A stretch of DNA of 64,000 bases from Octopus sinensis (Eukaryota): the NCBI RefSeq assembly GCF_006345805.1, contig NC_043002.1, forward strand, positions 50,344,001 through 50,408,000, written 5' to 3'. Both the position numbers and the translations under genes were made by a program. The notes below the pieces were generated by a model that searched no databases, was not told the DNA's origin, and was given only the letters and a program-made list of their open reading frames with translations. Every line of letters begins with the position of its first letter. The stretch's first letter is position 1. Below, in pieces: positions 1 to 11,186 of this stretch.

Positions 1-222
1 CTACCTGGGCTGTTCAGGCGTTGGGAGGCGCAATGATGTTTTCATGTTTTCGTCCAAAGGGACAGCTAGGAACATCGTATACACAGAAGTATTCGAGTGA
101 AGAGAAGACATTGCAACCTACACATGCGCCTTCGTTCCCTAGAGGGAAAGGACTAGATTGGGATTAGTCGTTGCCTACTAGGGGCTCTTACATACCAGGG
201 CAACGCCGGGCTATGCTGCTAG
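1..222 (+). mobile_element. Helitron 3' end
   Basis: GC hairpin-like CAGGGCAACGCCGGG at about 196-210, then CTAG|T at 219-223, directly after the helicase stop and a short UTR. Confidence 0.8.
2..100 (+). pseudogene. C-terminus of Helitron RepHel helicase (element continues left of the window)
   Basis: Frame from base 2 reads YLGCSGVGRRNDVFMFSSKGTARNIVYTEVFE*. This matches the PIF1-type Helitron helicase end (YVxxSRV...NIVYxEV), with R replaced by G. Confidence 0.8.
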
Positions 223-717
223 TGTATGTATAAACACAAAGCCAGCTCAATAATGCCAATAATTGCACTGGAATTATTTTTCACACCTCCAGTTTATGAA
301 TGAAGTATCAGCAACACTAGAGAATGGCCAGGCCAGTAACAAAAGTCGGGAAGAATAAGGAAATGAAAGAAGAAAGAGAGAGGGAGAGAGGAAACATACG
401 CTTTCATAACAGTTGAGAAACATAGCGTGTGACCTTAGCATATTGTTTCATCGTGCTTTTTAAAATCTGTTTAATTTGCTAAATTGACAAAATATATTCA
501 ATAACATTAATAAAATTAGAAATAATCCGACTTGTGAGTTGAAAGAAAATTTAATTTGTCTCTGTTCGATTTAAGAAACAAACGATTTGGGCAGATGTAA
601 AAAGAAATAGCTGTGTCTGTGTTTTAAAATTAGAAGTTATGTAAATTCAGTTAGAAAAACAAAGAACAAAACAGCGCCATTTTGTTTTTGCTTCTCAGTT
701 TTTTATTCAAATCTTTT

Positions 718-1075
718 ATCTTTTACTCGTTTCAGTCATTGAGCTGCGGCCATACTGGGGCTCTACCCTAAAGGGTTTAGTCGAATAAATAGATTGCAGC
801 GCATATTCTTTAAGTTGGGTCCTTATTCTATCCGTCATTTTTGTCGAATCGCTCAGTTACGGTGGCGTAAACAAGCCAACATCGGTTGTAAAGCAGTGTT
901 GGGACAATCACAAAGACACACATACGCATACATAACAAGCTTCCACACAGTTTCCGTCTACTGTATCCATTCATAAGACATTGGTCGATCCAGGGCTTAA
1001 GGTGCCGCACAGTAGAATTGAACTTAAAACCACGTAGTCGCAAAACAAGCTTCTTAACTACACATATTTTAAGAC
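718..1075 (-). mobile_element. tRNA-derived SINE family A (octopus-type, central microsatellite), diverged copy
   Basis: Reverse complement aligns with the full copy at 39867-40290: A/B-box head, ccactcacaaggctttggtc body, gactgaaacaagtaaaa tail. A partial copy follows at about 1160-1400. Confidence 0.8.
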
Positions 1076-1480
1076 CCAGGTTTTCGTAAAACATAACACG
1101 TCAACACCTATTCAAAAAGAAATGGTAATGCTGAATATAGTACGAAATATATGTACTCTTTCACTTGTTTCAGTCACTGGACTGCGACCATGCTGCAGCA
1201 CTGCATTGAATAGTGTAATCGATCAAATCGACCCCAGTATTTATCTCACAAGTTTGGCGCTTGTTCTGTCGGTGTCTTTTGCCGAATTGCTACGTTGCGA
1301 AAACGTAAACAAAACGCTAAGCAGTATGAGGACAAACACAAAGGCATGCACGCCCGCGCACAAACACAATAACACACACGCACACCGGTGTTGCACACAG
1401 TTTCACTGACTCAAGTATTATTTTATTGGCTTCAGATGGTTGAAAGGCACATAAACCTTAAACGAGAATTCAAGCTCAAA

Positions 1481-1559
<79 letters not shown>

Positions 1560-1586
1560 TGGTTGTGTCTTTTTTTGTTGGGTGAA

Positions 1587-2164
1587 GGTGCGTGGATTAG
1601 TGATGATGGGTATTCGGCTCATGATCGAAAGGTCGTGAGTTCGATACACGGGGGGCAGGGGGCGCATTGTGTCCTTGGGCAAGATACTTTATTTCACTAA
1701 GGCGGCGAGCTGGTAGAATCGTTAGCACGCCAGGTGAAATGCTTAGTGGGTATTTCGTCTGTTTTTACGTTCTGAGTTCAAATTCCGCCGAGGTCGACTT
1801 TGTCTTTCATCCTTTCGGGGTCGATGAATTAAGTACTAGTTACGCACTTGGGTCAATGTAATTGACTTAATCCCTTTGTCTGTCCTTGTTTGTCCCCTCT
1901 ATGTTTAGACCCTTGTGGGCAATAAAGAAATAAGATACTTTATTTCACGTTCTTCCAGTCCACTCAGCCAGTAAAAACAGGTTGTGCCTGTAATTCAAAG
2001 GACCAGCCTCGTCACATTCTGTGTCATGCTGATTCTCTCTGAGAACTACATTAAGGGTAGACGTGACTGTGGAGTGCTCAACCACTTGTACGTTAATTTC
2101 ACAGACAGGCTGATCTGTTGATCGGATCAACTGGAGCCCTCGTCGCCGTAACCGACGGAGTGCC
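1587..2164 (+). mobile_element. tRNA-Arg-like CORE-type SINE family C, interrupted by a family B SINE
   Basis: tRNA-like head, CORE-like gtgtccttgggcaagatactttatttcac...ccagtccactcagc, and gtaaccgacggagtgcc tail. Confidence 0.75.
1698..1931 (+). mobile_element. SINE family B (Meta-domain-like) nested insertion with 17-bp TSD
   Basis: ggcggcgagctgg head and gtcgactttg.ctttcatcctttcggggtcgat core. Flanked by the direct repeat aagatactttatttcac at 1681-1697 and 1932-1948. Confidence 0.85.
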
Positions 2165-2989
2165 AAATTATTTGTGTGTATGAGTTTATGTATGTTTGTA
2201 TTTATTACGTACTTTTTATGAAACCAACACCAATGAAACTTTGAAGTAAATAATCTCATCTAGTAATCCTTTCTACTAAAGGCACATGACCCTGAAGTTT
2301 TTAGGGGAAGTGGCTAGTCGATTACATCGATCCCAGAGCACCACTGGTACGTATTTCATCGACCCCGAAAGGATGGAAGGCAAAGCCGACCTCGACGGAA
2401 TTTGAACTCAGAGCGCTAAGCATTTTAGCCAGAGTCTCCATTAATAATGAAAATAAATGTCATTTTTATTCGTATTGAGTACTTCTTTCAGTGTATGTTC
2501 AGCGTATATAGGTACACAATACTATTAAACAAGAAAGTGTGTGTGTGTGTGTACATTTAAACACGCTAAGTGAATGGCCACTAAGTATAGTAAAAAGTAT
2601 GAAACCATAAAACTATTCTTATACAGTAAAAGCTGATAGTAACTTCGCAGTTTCGTCGTTTCGTGGCTTTAGCAAACAACATGTGCATTCATACTTACAA
2701 ACATGCAAACAAATATGCATACATATATTGATACATACATGAATTTACACATACATATATACATACACACACATATCTATTAAGAAAGAAAATCTCAACA
2801 ATTGAAGACATCATGCAAAAATAAAAATCACCATTTTTTCCGGCGTATAAGACGTATTTCCTATTTTGTAGAAAAAATAAACAAACTCTGTGTTTCTCTA
2901 TACACTCATTTAAAAATATTTGAAGGTGGCTTGCAAAGGAAAAATGCAACGAGACTACAAAGCCAAAAACATGGCCAACAGGATGGGAC

Positions 2990-3270
2990 ACAGTAGTCGT
3001 TCTGATTGTGTCCGAACACCCGAATTCACCCCAGCATTTTTGAACAGGAAGTTGGGGTCAATCTCGACGGTGATGTTAAATTACAGGAGACTGTGGTCAA
3101 AACCTGGCTAGAAAGACACCAACGCACTGTCTGCAACATCAAGACGAAACTTGTGACCAAGATTAATGAGGAGTTCGTAGATCTTTCCAGGGACATAGTG
3201 AGAAACGCATGCGCTAGGTTCTGTAGCCGTCTTGAGTCGTGGGGGAAGATGAGAGCGACTACTTAGAGTA
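2990..3270 (+). pseudogene. Internally deleted Tc1/mariner (maT/DD37D-like) transposase remnant
   Basis: IFEQEVGVNLDGDVKLQETVVKTWLER is joined directly to the C-terminal RTVCNIKTKLVTKINEEFVDLSRDIVRNACARFCSRLES; the catalytic middle is missing. Confidence 0.65.
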
Positions 3271-3328
3271 AACTGCTATCTCTCAGTCATCATCTAGTTG
3301 ATATTCATTATTTTGATATTTTAAAATA

Positions 3329-4393
3329 CAGTAATGCTTCGATATACAAGTTGATTTATTCCTGGAGACCGCTCGTAAAGCGAAACCTTGTAAAGCAGAG
3401 CAATAATTTCTCATAGTAGCAATGTTATAAAACCTAATTCGTTCCCACAAAAATATTTTACCTATAAAATTTATGACACTCGTAAATCAATGACAAAACA
3501 GCTGTAGAATGTAAAGAATATTTTATGCAAAGTAAAAAGAATGTCAAGATCATTTATAATAAACGACCCCCGTCAAACATTTAAACCAAATTTTCTCAAA
3601 ACAACTTGTCCGACCGTCCCATAGGCCTCCTCTTTGAGAAACACTGATTAAACCTAAATTTGAGACACCAGCAAAGGAAGAAATAAAGATAGATTTTTTT
3701 CTATTCCAAAGAAAAACGATTTTATTCACACAAATATGCAACCGAAGAGTTTAAAGTACCAGTAATGATAAGGCTGTTGACTGGGAGAACACAAACATGA
3801 TTTAAATAGTAAGCTTGGCAGGAAAGAAACGTGCCTTTAAGCAGTACTAAAACAACAAAAAAATGTAAGGTGCAGTTATGTACAAGTTGACGGAAGAAAA
3901 GCAGGACAAAAACGGTTTTATCGATCGCATTCTTGACTGGAATCGATTTTTGTAATTTTTTCAAGACTTATACACGCCCTGATACCGTCGGTATCTACAT
4001 ATCAGATTTGAGCGCAATCGGATGGAGGATGCCCGAGAGTCTAGAAGACACGCTCACAGACAGACTGAACGGATTTTATATAGTAGATTATAATCGTTTT
4101 CTAAATCACTTTCACTCGCACTAGACTCGCACACACCATCACTTGTAGACGTGATCGCCGATTCATAAGCACTCGTACACGGACTTGTAGGTTTCGTTTT
4201 AAAAAACAAGTCTAGAGTTGTTTGCTTAAACGCTTTATTTCGCTCTCTATAAATTTCTCGGTAACATGCAGAAACATTTGTTATGGTTGTAGAAACTTGC
4301 ACTTCGTTCAAAATTTGGATCTTGTGCTTGAAAAATAAGACTCGTAAACCCGGGATCTTTTAAAGAGGGTCCTCGTAAAGTGAGGTATTATTG
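3329..4393 (-). mobile_element. Non-autonomous Tigger/pogo-like DNA transposon
   Basis: TA|CAGTAATGCTTCGATATACAAG and CTCGTAAAGTGAGGTATTATTG|TA form imperfect TIRs with a TA TSD. Internal minus ORF 4054-4311 has a Tigger-like C-terminal KQTTLDLFFK. Confidence 0.7.
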
Positions 4394-5034
4394 TACTTTA
4401 ATTTTGGACGGACTATTATGTTTTCTTTTCTTGTTATGCTGACTGTCAACTTTAGCCCGAATATCCTGTATAAATTACGTAATACGAATAATATCTTCTT
4501 TCAGATTTTGTCCACGAGAATTGCCATGCAGTATGTAAAATTCCTATTTTTGGCTACATTATTTTGTGTTACAGCGATCGGCCAACTGAGAGGTGTGCAC
4601 TACCGCTATGATTTTGTCGTCATCCACTCATTGCAAATAGCTAGAAGCGTATGAAAGTTCAACACTTCTTTCATCTTTGTTGGAAAATTTTCATTTACAT
4701 AATTAAAATTAAAGCAAGTCAGTCATAAGATAATGTTGACACATATCAGCTGTGTGTTATGTATGCTGGGCAAGGAGATAAAATGAGATGACATGACCTG
4801 CCTACATAACTGCCGATGTTCTGTAAGTAATTTATTGTAAGTTTGTGGCAAGAGACTTGTTTTAATATTTCATTGCTAGTAACAATTATTGTGCCTAGCT
4901 GACTTCTGTTCATCCCGCTATCGGGCCTATGGCACACGGTTTTCCATCCGGGATACTGCCATATTAGACGCAGAGCAATTTATTTGATATATTTAAAAAT
5001 AATAATAAAAAGTGCGTCGTATATTCTACAAATA

Positions 5035-5395
5035 CAATAAATAGGCTCAGTAGTTAAAGCGTCGGCATCACAATCATGAAGTAGTGAGTTCGATTCCCGG
5101 ACCGGACTGTGTGTTGTGTTCTTGAGCAAGACACTTTATTTTCACGTTGCTCCAGTTCACTCAGCTATTGAAATGCGTTGCAACATCACTGGTGCGAAGC
5201 TGTGCTGACTTTTGCCTTTCCCTCAGATAACATTGGTGATGTAGAGAGGGGAAGCTGGTATGCATCAGTGACTGCTGGTCTTCCATAAAACAACCTTGCC
5301 CGGACTTTCTCGTAATCCCATGGTCATTCATGATCGAAGGGGGTCTTTACCCAATCCCATGGTCATTCATGACCGGAGGGAGCTTTGCCCTCTTT
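5035..5395 (+). mobile_element. SINE family C copy with duplicated tail
   Basis: gctcagtagttaaagcg head with B-box gagttcgattccc, CORE-like middle, and aatcccatggtcattcatga tail present twice. Confidence 0.8.
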
Positions 5396-5409
5396 AAAGT
5401 CCCTGTAAA

Positions 5410-5728
5410 GGCGCATGGTTTAGTGGTTAGGGTAGTCAGCTCACGATCGTAAAGTCATGAGTTCGACCCCACCTCGGTGCACTGCGTCCTTGAGCAAGGC
5501 GCTTTATTTCCCGTTGCTCCTATCCAGTCATCTGACAAAAATAAGTTGTACTTGTAAATCAAGCGATCAGCTTTGTCGTATCCTTTCTCATGCTGATTCT
5601 TCCTGAGAACTGTGTTGAGGGTACGGGTGTTTGTGCAGTACTCAGTCGCTGGTACTTTAATTTCACGAACAGGTTGTTCCGTTACTGAGATCAACTGAAA
5701 CACTCATCGTTGTAACCGACGAAGTACC
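5410..5728 (+). mobile_element. SINE family C copy (tail variant)
   Basis: ggcgcatggtttagtggttag head with a tRNA-Arg-like anticodon-arm region (gctcacgatc). Same body and tail as 1587-2164. Confidence 0.8.
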
Positions 5729-5821
5729 AGGTAATGATTAATATAAGGTTCCGCCTTACCTAAATAATTGGGAAGCCATAAGGTAGAAATAACTTGTAAA
5801 AACTATAAGATGATAGAAATA

Positions 5822-6043
5822 CAATAATCCCTCGGCTATCGCGGGTGTTACGTTCAAAACCCACCGCGATAGGTGAAAATCCGCGAAGTAGAAACAGTTC
5901 TATACTGTATATTTTTAAAAATCATTTTTATTATTTGTATATATTTATTTTATTATAAATGCAAAGCAACACCACGGAGTAATCGACGTAAGCTTAAATA
6001 ATAAACTTCGATAGGTGAACAGTGATATGACGAGGAATTACTG
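5822..6043. mobile_element. Tigger/pogo-type MITE
   Basis: TA|CAATAATCCCTCG and CGAGGAATTACTG|TA TIRs. A related copy lies at 27540-28525. Confidence 0.75.
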
Positions 6044-6911
6044 TAATTTGTAAAGTTGTAGTAAAAAAATGCTACGAAAGTACAACCAAGGGAAGAAAAA
6101 GCAAGTTTTAGAGAACGAATCGGGATTGGATGAAAAAAAAAAAAGATTTACTGTATAGGTCACATAGTTTAACTGATCAGAAGGACATTGAAATTATAAT
6201 TAAGAATATAATAACTTCTAATGGTTAATCGAAAGTTGTTTACAGCTAATACATCGGTATCATTGATTTATATATTAAAAATAAAATATAAAAGTATGTA
6301 CATGGTTCTTCTATGCAAGGGGACTAACTCGTATTTATTACCAATACGTGAATTATTAATAATAGTCGAAAATGATACTAATTAAAAATATATATATTAA
6401 TTAAAATGCAATGTATGTACTACACTAATTAATATTAAAAACGATCTGTTCTCGATGTTGACGATAAATCAATTCCGAGCAAAATTTGTTTATATAGTAA
6501 AACAGTAATTATAGCAGTAATACGGTAAAAGTGAAAGTCTCTTGTTTATCTGTTATTCCGAAGGCTTAAGTAGCTTTGTTTAATATCTTATTTGATTTTA
6601 ATTAATATATACTAATTTGGAAACTGTTAAGTCGAAGATGTTTTCAACCTAGATTTTCAGCCTTTCAGCGACATTAAAATAAAATAAAATAAATGAAATA
6701 TCTGTAAGACAAGTTATCGAAGGAATATATGAATTTGATATATTGCTATTCTATTGTTTTATTAACTATTTTCACACACACGCACACGCATGCACGCGCG
6801 CGCGCACACACACACACTTTCACGCACGCATACGCATACATGTATATATATGTATGTATATATATATGTATATAATATATATATATATACATGTATATAT
6901 ATATGTATATA

Positions 6912-6950
<39 letters not shown>

Positions 6951-6952
<2 letters not shown>

Positions 6953-7134
6953 GGAGAATTCATGAAAAAATAATAGACGAATACAGGTGATGTAGAAAGC
7001 AAACAGATGTATTAGTATAACGCTCGGGAAATGAAAAAGTCTTTAACGTTTCGAGCCTACGCTCTTCCACAGAAAGGGACACAGAAAGAAACAAGGAGAG
7101 AAAAAAATGTGTGTAGTGGCTATCGATCTATCAT
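6951..7134 (-). mobile_element. About 185-bp hammerhead-bearing PLE-like non-autonomous element (copy 1)
   Basis: Between (TA)n tracts. The minus strand at 7039-7080 folds as cttt-CUGUGGA-A-GAGC(GUAG)GCUC-GAAA-CG-UU-aaag. Homologous copies at 28648, 42205 and 52120. Confidence 0.7.
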
Positions 7135-7141
7135 ATATATT

Positions 7142-7222
<81 letters not shown>

Positions 7223-7360
7223 CACACATACATTTATACATGCACGCATACATACATGCATGCACACATACATACTTACACACATACATACAAACATACA
7301 TACATACATACATACATACATACATACATACATACATACATACATACATACATACATACA

Positions 7361-7914
7361 TGGTGGCTGCCCCCTTGTTATTCAGTATGGCCATTGCACG
7401 AAGCTTAAACAATGTTGTTATCGTGCAATGCCTGTGCAAGAAGATTTTTTTTTAAAGTGAGGAAAGGCTGTGCGCTGAGTCAATCCCACTCATTAAGCAA
7501 CAGCAGCCATAATCCGAAAAGAAGAACAAGTCAACATCATCGGTAACCACTGAGCCCCAGGTTTTATATCGGAGTTATCCCAGTTACCTGAGTTACCTTC
7601 TCCTAGAAGGATGCCCTAACAAAGGCTAGGAGTCCTTCACTCCCAATGGTTTAACCGCGCGATCGGGTATTCAGTCCGATTATTTCTATGCCTCCGCGCA
7701 TGATACAGCCTTAAGACATTTATTGGATGGCCGTTGACTCTCAAGAGTTCCTCCGCCCTTTGACGGGTTTTGTTTTTCATCCCGCAGGGTGTCTAATAAA
7801 CACCCTCCTCACCGAGCAAGCTTGGTGGGGTTGCCGGTGTAGTCGCCGACGACCCGACCATGCAACAGGTTGTACTGGGTTACATGTTACCAGTAGCACT
7901 CAAAAGTGACCTGA
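7361..7914 (-). mobile_element. RTE-LINE 5'UTR-like element inserted in (CATA)n
   Basis: Minus strand has gcctttgttagggcatccttctaggagaaggtaactc and aaaacccgtcaaagggcggaggaactc, motifs I recall from RTE 5'UTRs. (CATA)n lies on both sides. Confidence 0.5.
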
Positions 7915-7945
7915 CATAACATACATACATACATACATACATACA

Positions 7946-9232
7946 TGGAATTTCCCATGCAGGGAGTTTCTACAAACAGCATGACTAGACACAACATCAT
8001 CAACAACACAACCAAGGAACAGAACGAAAATAACAGCTCAACAGGTAAACAGATTCCTTCTAACTGTGGTTATTGAAGGAACCGTAACTACAAAGCTAAT
8101 TTTTCTTGGACTTATGAACTGAATGCTTCTAAACACGAAAGACCTGATCAATGATGGCTCATATAGTTATATAAAATTAGTTACGGTGCTGCTTCAGAAA
8201 ATTTTTAGCCGTTTTTTTAATATTGTGTAAAAGGAACAAACATATAAAAAGAATATTTATACATAAACTTGATCGGTTCGCGTTTTAGCCACTGCCGGGT
8301 TGAATGTTTAATTTGTTCACTGAACATCACCACGAATTCCCCCTTGTTTTTCAAAAATTCCCCTAAATAACAAAATAAGGTGGGAAAATCAGCCCTATTT
8401 TTCAAATTCTGGCAGCAACACTGAAGCTGGAAGCAGGATGATAATCTAATTCTACACCTTATCACATTCAAGAATATAAACACGTTTTTAAGCACAACAC
8501 ACGCAGAGTCAAAAAGAAACACTACCTTTCACCGGCACTGCGTGAACGACAGTGTTGTCTCTCCCTAGCGTGAAACTGCCCGTCTCGGACATGTGAGCAT
8601 GCGCACCACAGCCAAGCATCGGGTCGCTGGAACTGTGATGCGCACAGTTCTATACGGGGATTTTTGTATTTTTTTTCGTAAACTAGGGGATGGCTACTGA
8701 CATTAAGCTTATATTATAAAAGCTTAAAGAAAGAATTGAAGAAAAAGGACTCGTTATATTGAATGCTATCGATAATATTGAGTGGAAATAGAGGGTGCTG
8801 CAGTTCCACAATGGCTATACACGAGCCGCCACTGAACCTGTTATAATGATTTGGGATAGAGAAGAGAAACAGTACAGTTGTGGAAATCAGCTGCCCAACA
8901 GATATATAATGTGAAAAAGAGAACACTTACGCTGGACTATTGAGAAATCTACAGTTACTCTATCCAGATTACATGTTCAGGTTTATACCTGTAATTATTG
9001 GGGCACTGGGCTATGTAACACACTGCCTAAATACCAGTCTTGAGAAATTAGGCTTCTCAAAACCAGAAAGGCGACAACTGATTCAAAGACTACAGATTCA
9101 AGCCGTCACTGGAACTGTAAAAATCTGTAAAGCTTTCCCGAAGTTTATCATTTAAATATATATGGGCATGTCTTATTATATGCGTATCTGCATGAGAAGA
9201 TATACTTAAAGCAAAACATACAAATCTGCACA
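7946..9232 (+). mobile_element. Internally deleted R4/Dong-like (RLE) non-LTR retrotransposon
   Basis: 8830-9155 encodes a degenerate RLE C-terminus (IMIWDREEK..TVVEISCPTD..EKENTYAGLLRNLQLLYPDYMFRFIPVIIGALG...GTVKICK). A possible 5' end with a degenerate ORF start lies at 7946-8150. (CATA)n on both flanks. The 3' part is well supported, the 5' part less so. Confidence 0.7.
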
Positions 9233-9278
9233 CATACATACATACATACATACATACATACATACATACATACATACA

Positions 9279-9311
<33 letters not shown>

Positions 9312-9439
9312 GCATGCACATAAGCTTACGTACGTAGATATATACATACATACATACGTATGTATGAGAATATTTGAACGTGCCAATATCAATCGTAAGC
9401 TTGCTTATAACTCACAAGCATTGTACAGAGAGATGAGGA

Positions 9440-9672
9440 AAGAAAATATTACCTATTTCTTTACTACCCACAGAGAGGACAAACAAGGACAGACAAACGG
9501 ATTAAGTCGATTATATCGACTCCAGTGCGTAACTGCTACTTATTTAATCGACCCCCGAAAGGATGAAAGGCAAAATCGACCTCGGCGGAATTTGAACTCA
9601 GAACGTAACAGCAAACGATATACCGCTAAGCATTTCGCCCGGTGTGCTAGCGTTTCTGCCAGCTCGCCGCCA
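9440..9672 (-). mobile_element. SINE family B
   Basis: Reverse complement gives ggcggcgagctggcagaaacgctagcac...gtcgattttgcctttcatcctttcgggggtcgat. Confidence 0.85.
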
Positions 9673-10169
9673 TAAAGGAAAATATTACCATTAAAAAAGC
9701 TCCCTCCCAAGAAAATCTACAATCATTCTGGTCAAAAATTTGGAACGAAAAGAGGGATTTCAACCTTTGAATGCATCTTGGTTAAATACAATTGAGAGAG
9801 AATACTGTAACAACACTAACAGTAAAACATTGGTACAAGTAGCTGATATTTTATAGAAACCAGTTGATATGTAGCGAGGAGTTCGGTGTTGTAATAACAT
9901 ACAACTCCTCGCGTTGGAAGTACACTGGTTTTGAGCCCTATTAGCGATTATACGACTTGAACTCGGAGAAACGGAATGAATGCCACAATGCTTTTCATCC
10001 ATCAATGTAACTACACCGCCTATTCGTCGCCTGGAACAAAACAATAACAGTTGCAACAACGAAGACGACGACGGCGACGATAAAACTACCATGTGATCAC
10101 TTTCCTGTTTCCGTCTTAGTTTTTCTTTTAATTCTCCTCCTCCACTCTTTCTTGACCTTCCTGGTTCTA

Positions 10170-10290
10170 TCCACCTCACTCTTCTTCTTCTTCTTCTTCT
10201 TCTTCTTCTTCTTCTTCTTCTTCTTCTTCTTCTTCTTCTTCTTCTTCTTCTTCTTCTTCTTCTTCTTCTTCTTCTTCTTCTTCTTCTTCT
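10170..10290. repeat. (TTC)n microsatellite, about 40 units
   Basis: Directly visible perfect repeat. Confidence 0.98.
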
Positions 10291-11094
10291 TCCAGATCTT
10301 TCTCCTTTTTCCCGTCTTTATCCCTTTCTATCTCTTCCGTCCTTCTTCTGTGTTCCTATATCATCATTGTTGTTGTTCGTTGTGCTTTTGTCCTTACCGT
10401 CGTAGTTGTTGCTGTTATTATTATTATTGTAGCTGCTATCGTTGTTGCAACTACTGCTGTAACTTTCCTTGCTATTTTATTAAAAAATACTTTACTAATG
10501 CTGTTATATGGCTATTATTGTTATTTCGATTTCTATCTCTCTCTTCCCCCTCTCTATCTCATACTTTCTCTCCCTCTCTCTCGTTCCATATATTCTGCTC
10601 TCTCTCTATTTCTCCCAGTTTTGTCAAAAGTAAAATAGCAGACGACTCTCATTGAAATAAAACCGCCAAATTTCATTGCCATAACCCGACTCCGACTGTC
10701 AGTTGTAAAAATATAATATTGTCTTATAATTTGGTAGAAAGGGGAGCTAAGTTGGTGTTAGTGCAAATTTTAGTGGTGGTGGTGGTTGTGGTACTTAGGG
10801 CGATGTCACTGGATATGCCGGCGACGGTGGAGGTTGTAATTGATTATGGCGTTAATGACAGAAAAGATTATGGTGGTTGTGGCTATTGTGATGTTGGCGG
10901 TGGTCAAATATGTAGGTTAGAGTCGTTAAGGTGATGATTATAGTGATGTTGATGGCTGTAGCGTAAAAAAAGTTATTATAGTAATTGTCGTTGTGGTTAT
11001 GCTACTGTAGGTATTAATGATGGTTATGAAGAAGTTAGTGGTGTAAACTGGTCTTTGGCTGTGATCTGCGCCTATAACACTGTGTTACAAAATG

Positions 11095-11097
<3 letters not shown>

Positions 11098-11186
<89 letters not shown>
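11098..11186. repeat. (TTA)n microsatellite
   Basis: Directly visible. Confidence 0.98.

Noticed and set aside
288-360. Short exon-like segment near the window start (FMNEVSATLENGQASNKSREE* on +, VADTSFINW on -)
   Set aside because: It is equally plausible on both strands, very short, and has no homology I can recognise.
4506-4654. Two plus-strand micro-exon candidates
   Set aside because: The implied intron is only about 44 nt and the reading frame is ambiguous.
9858-9930. Possible SECIS element downstream of an in-frame UGA
   Set aside because: The hairpin lacks the AUGA/GA non-Watson-Crick quartet, and the peptide resembles no selenoprotein I recognise.
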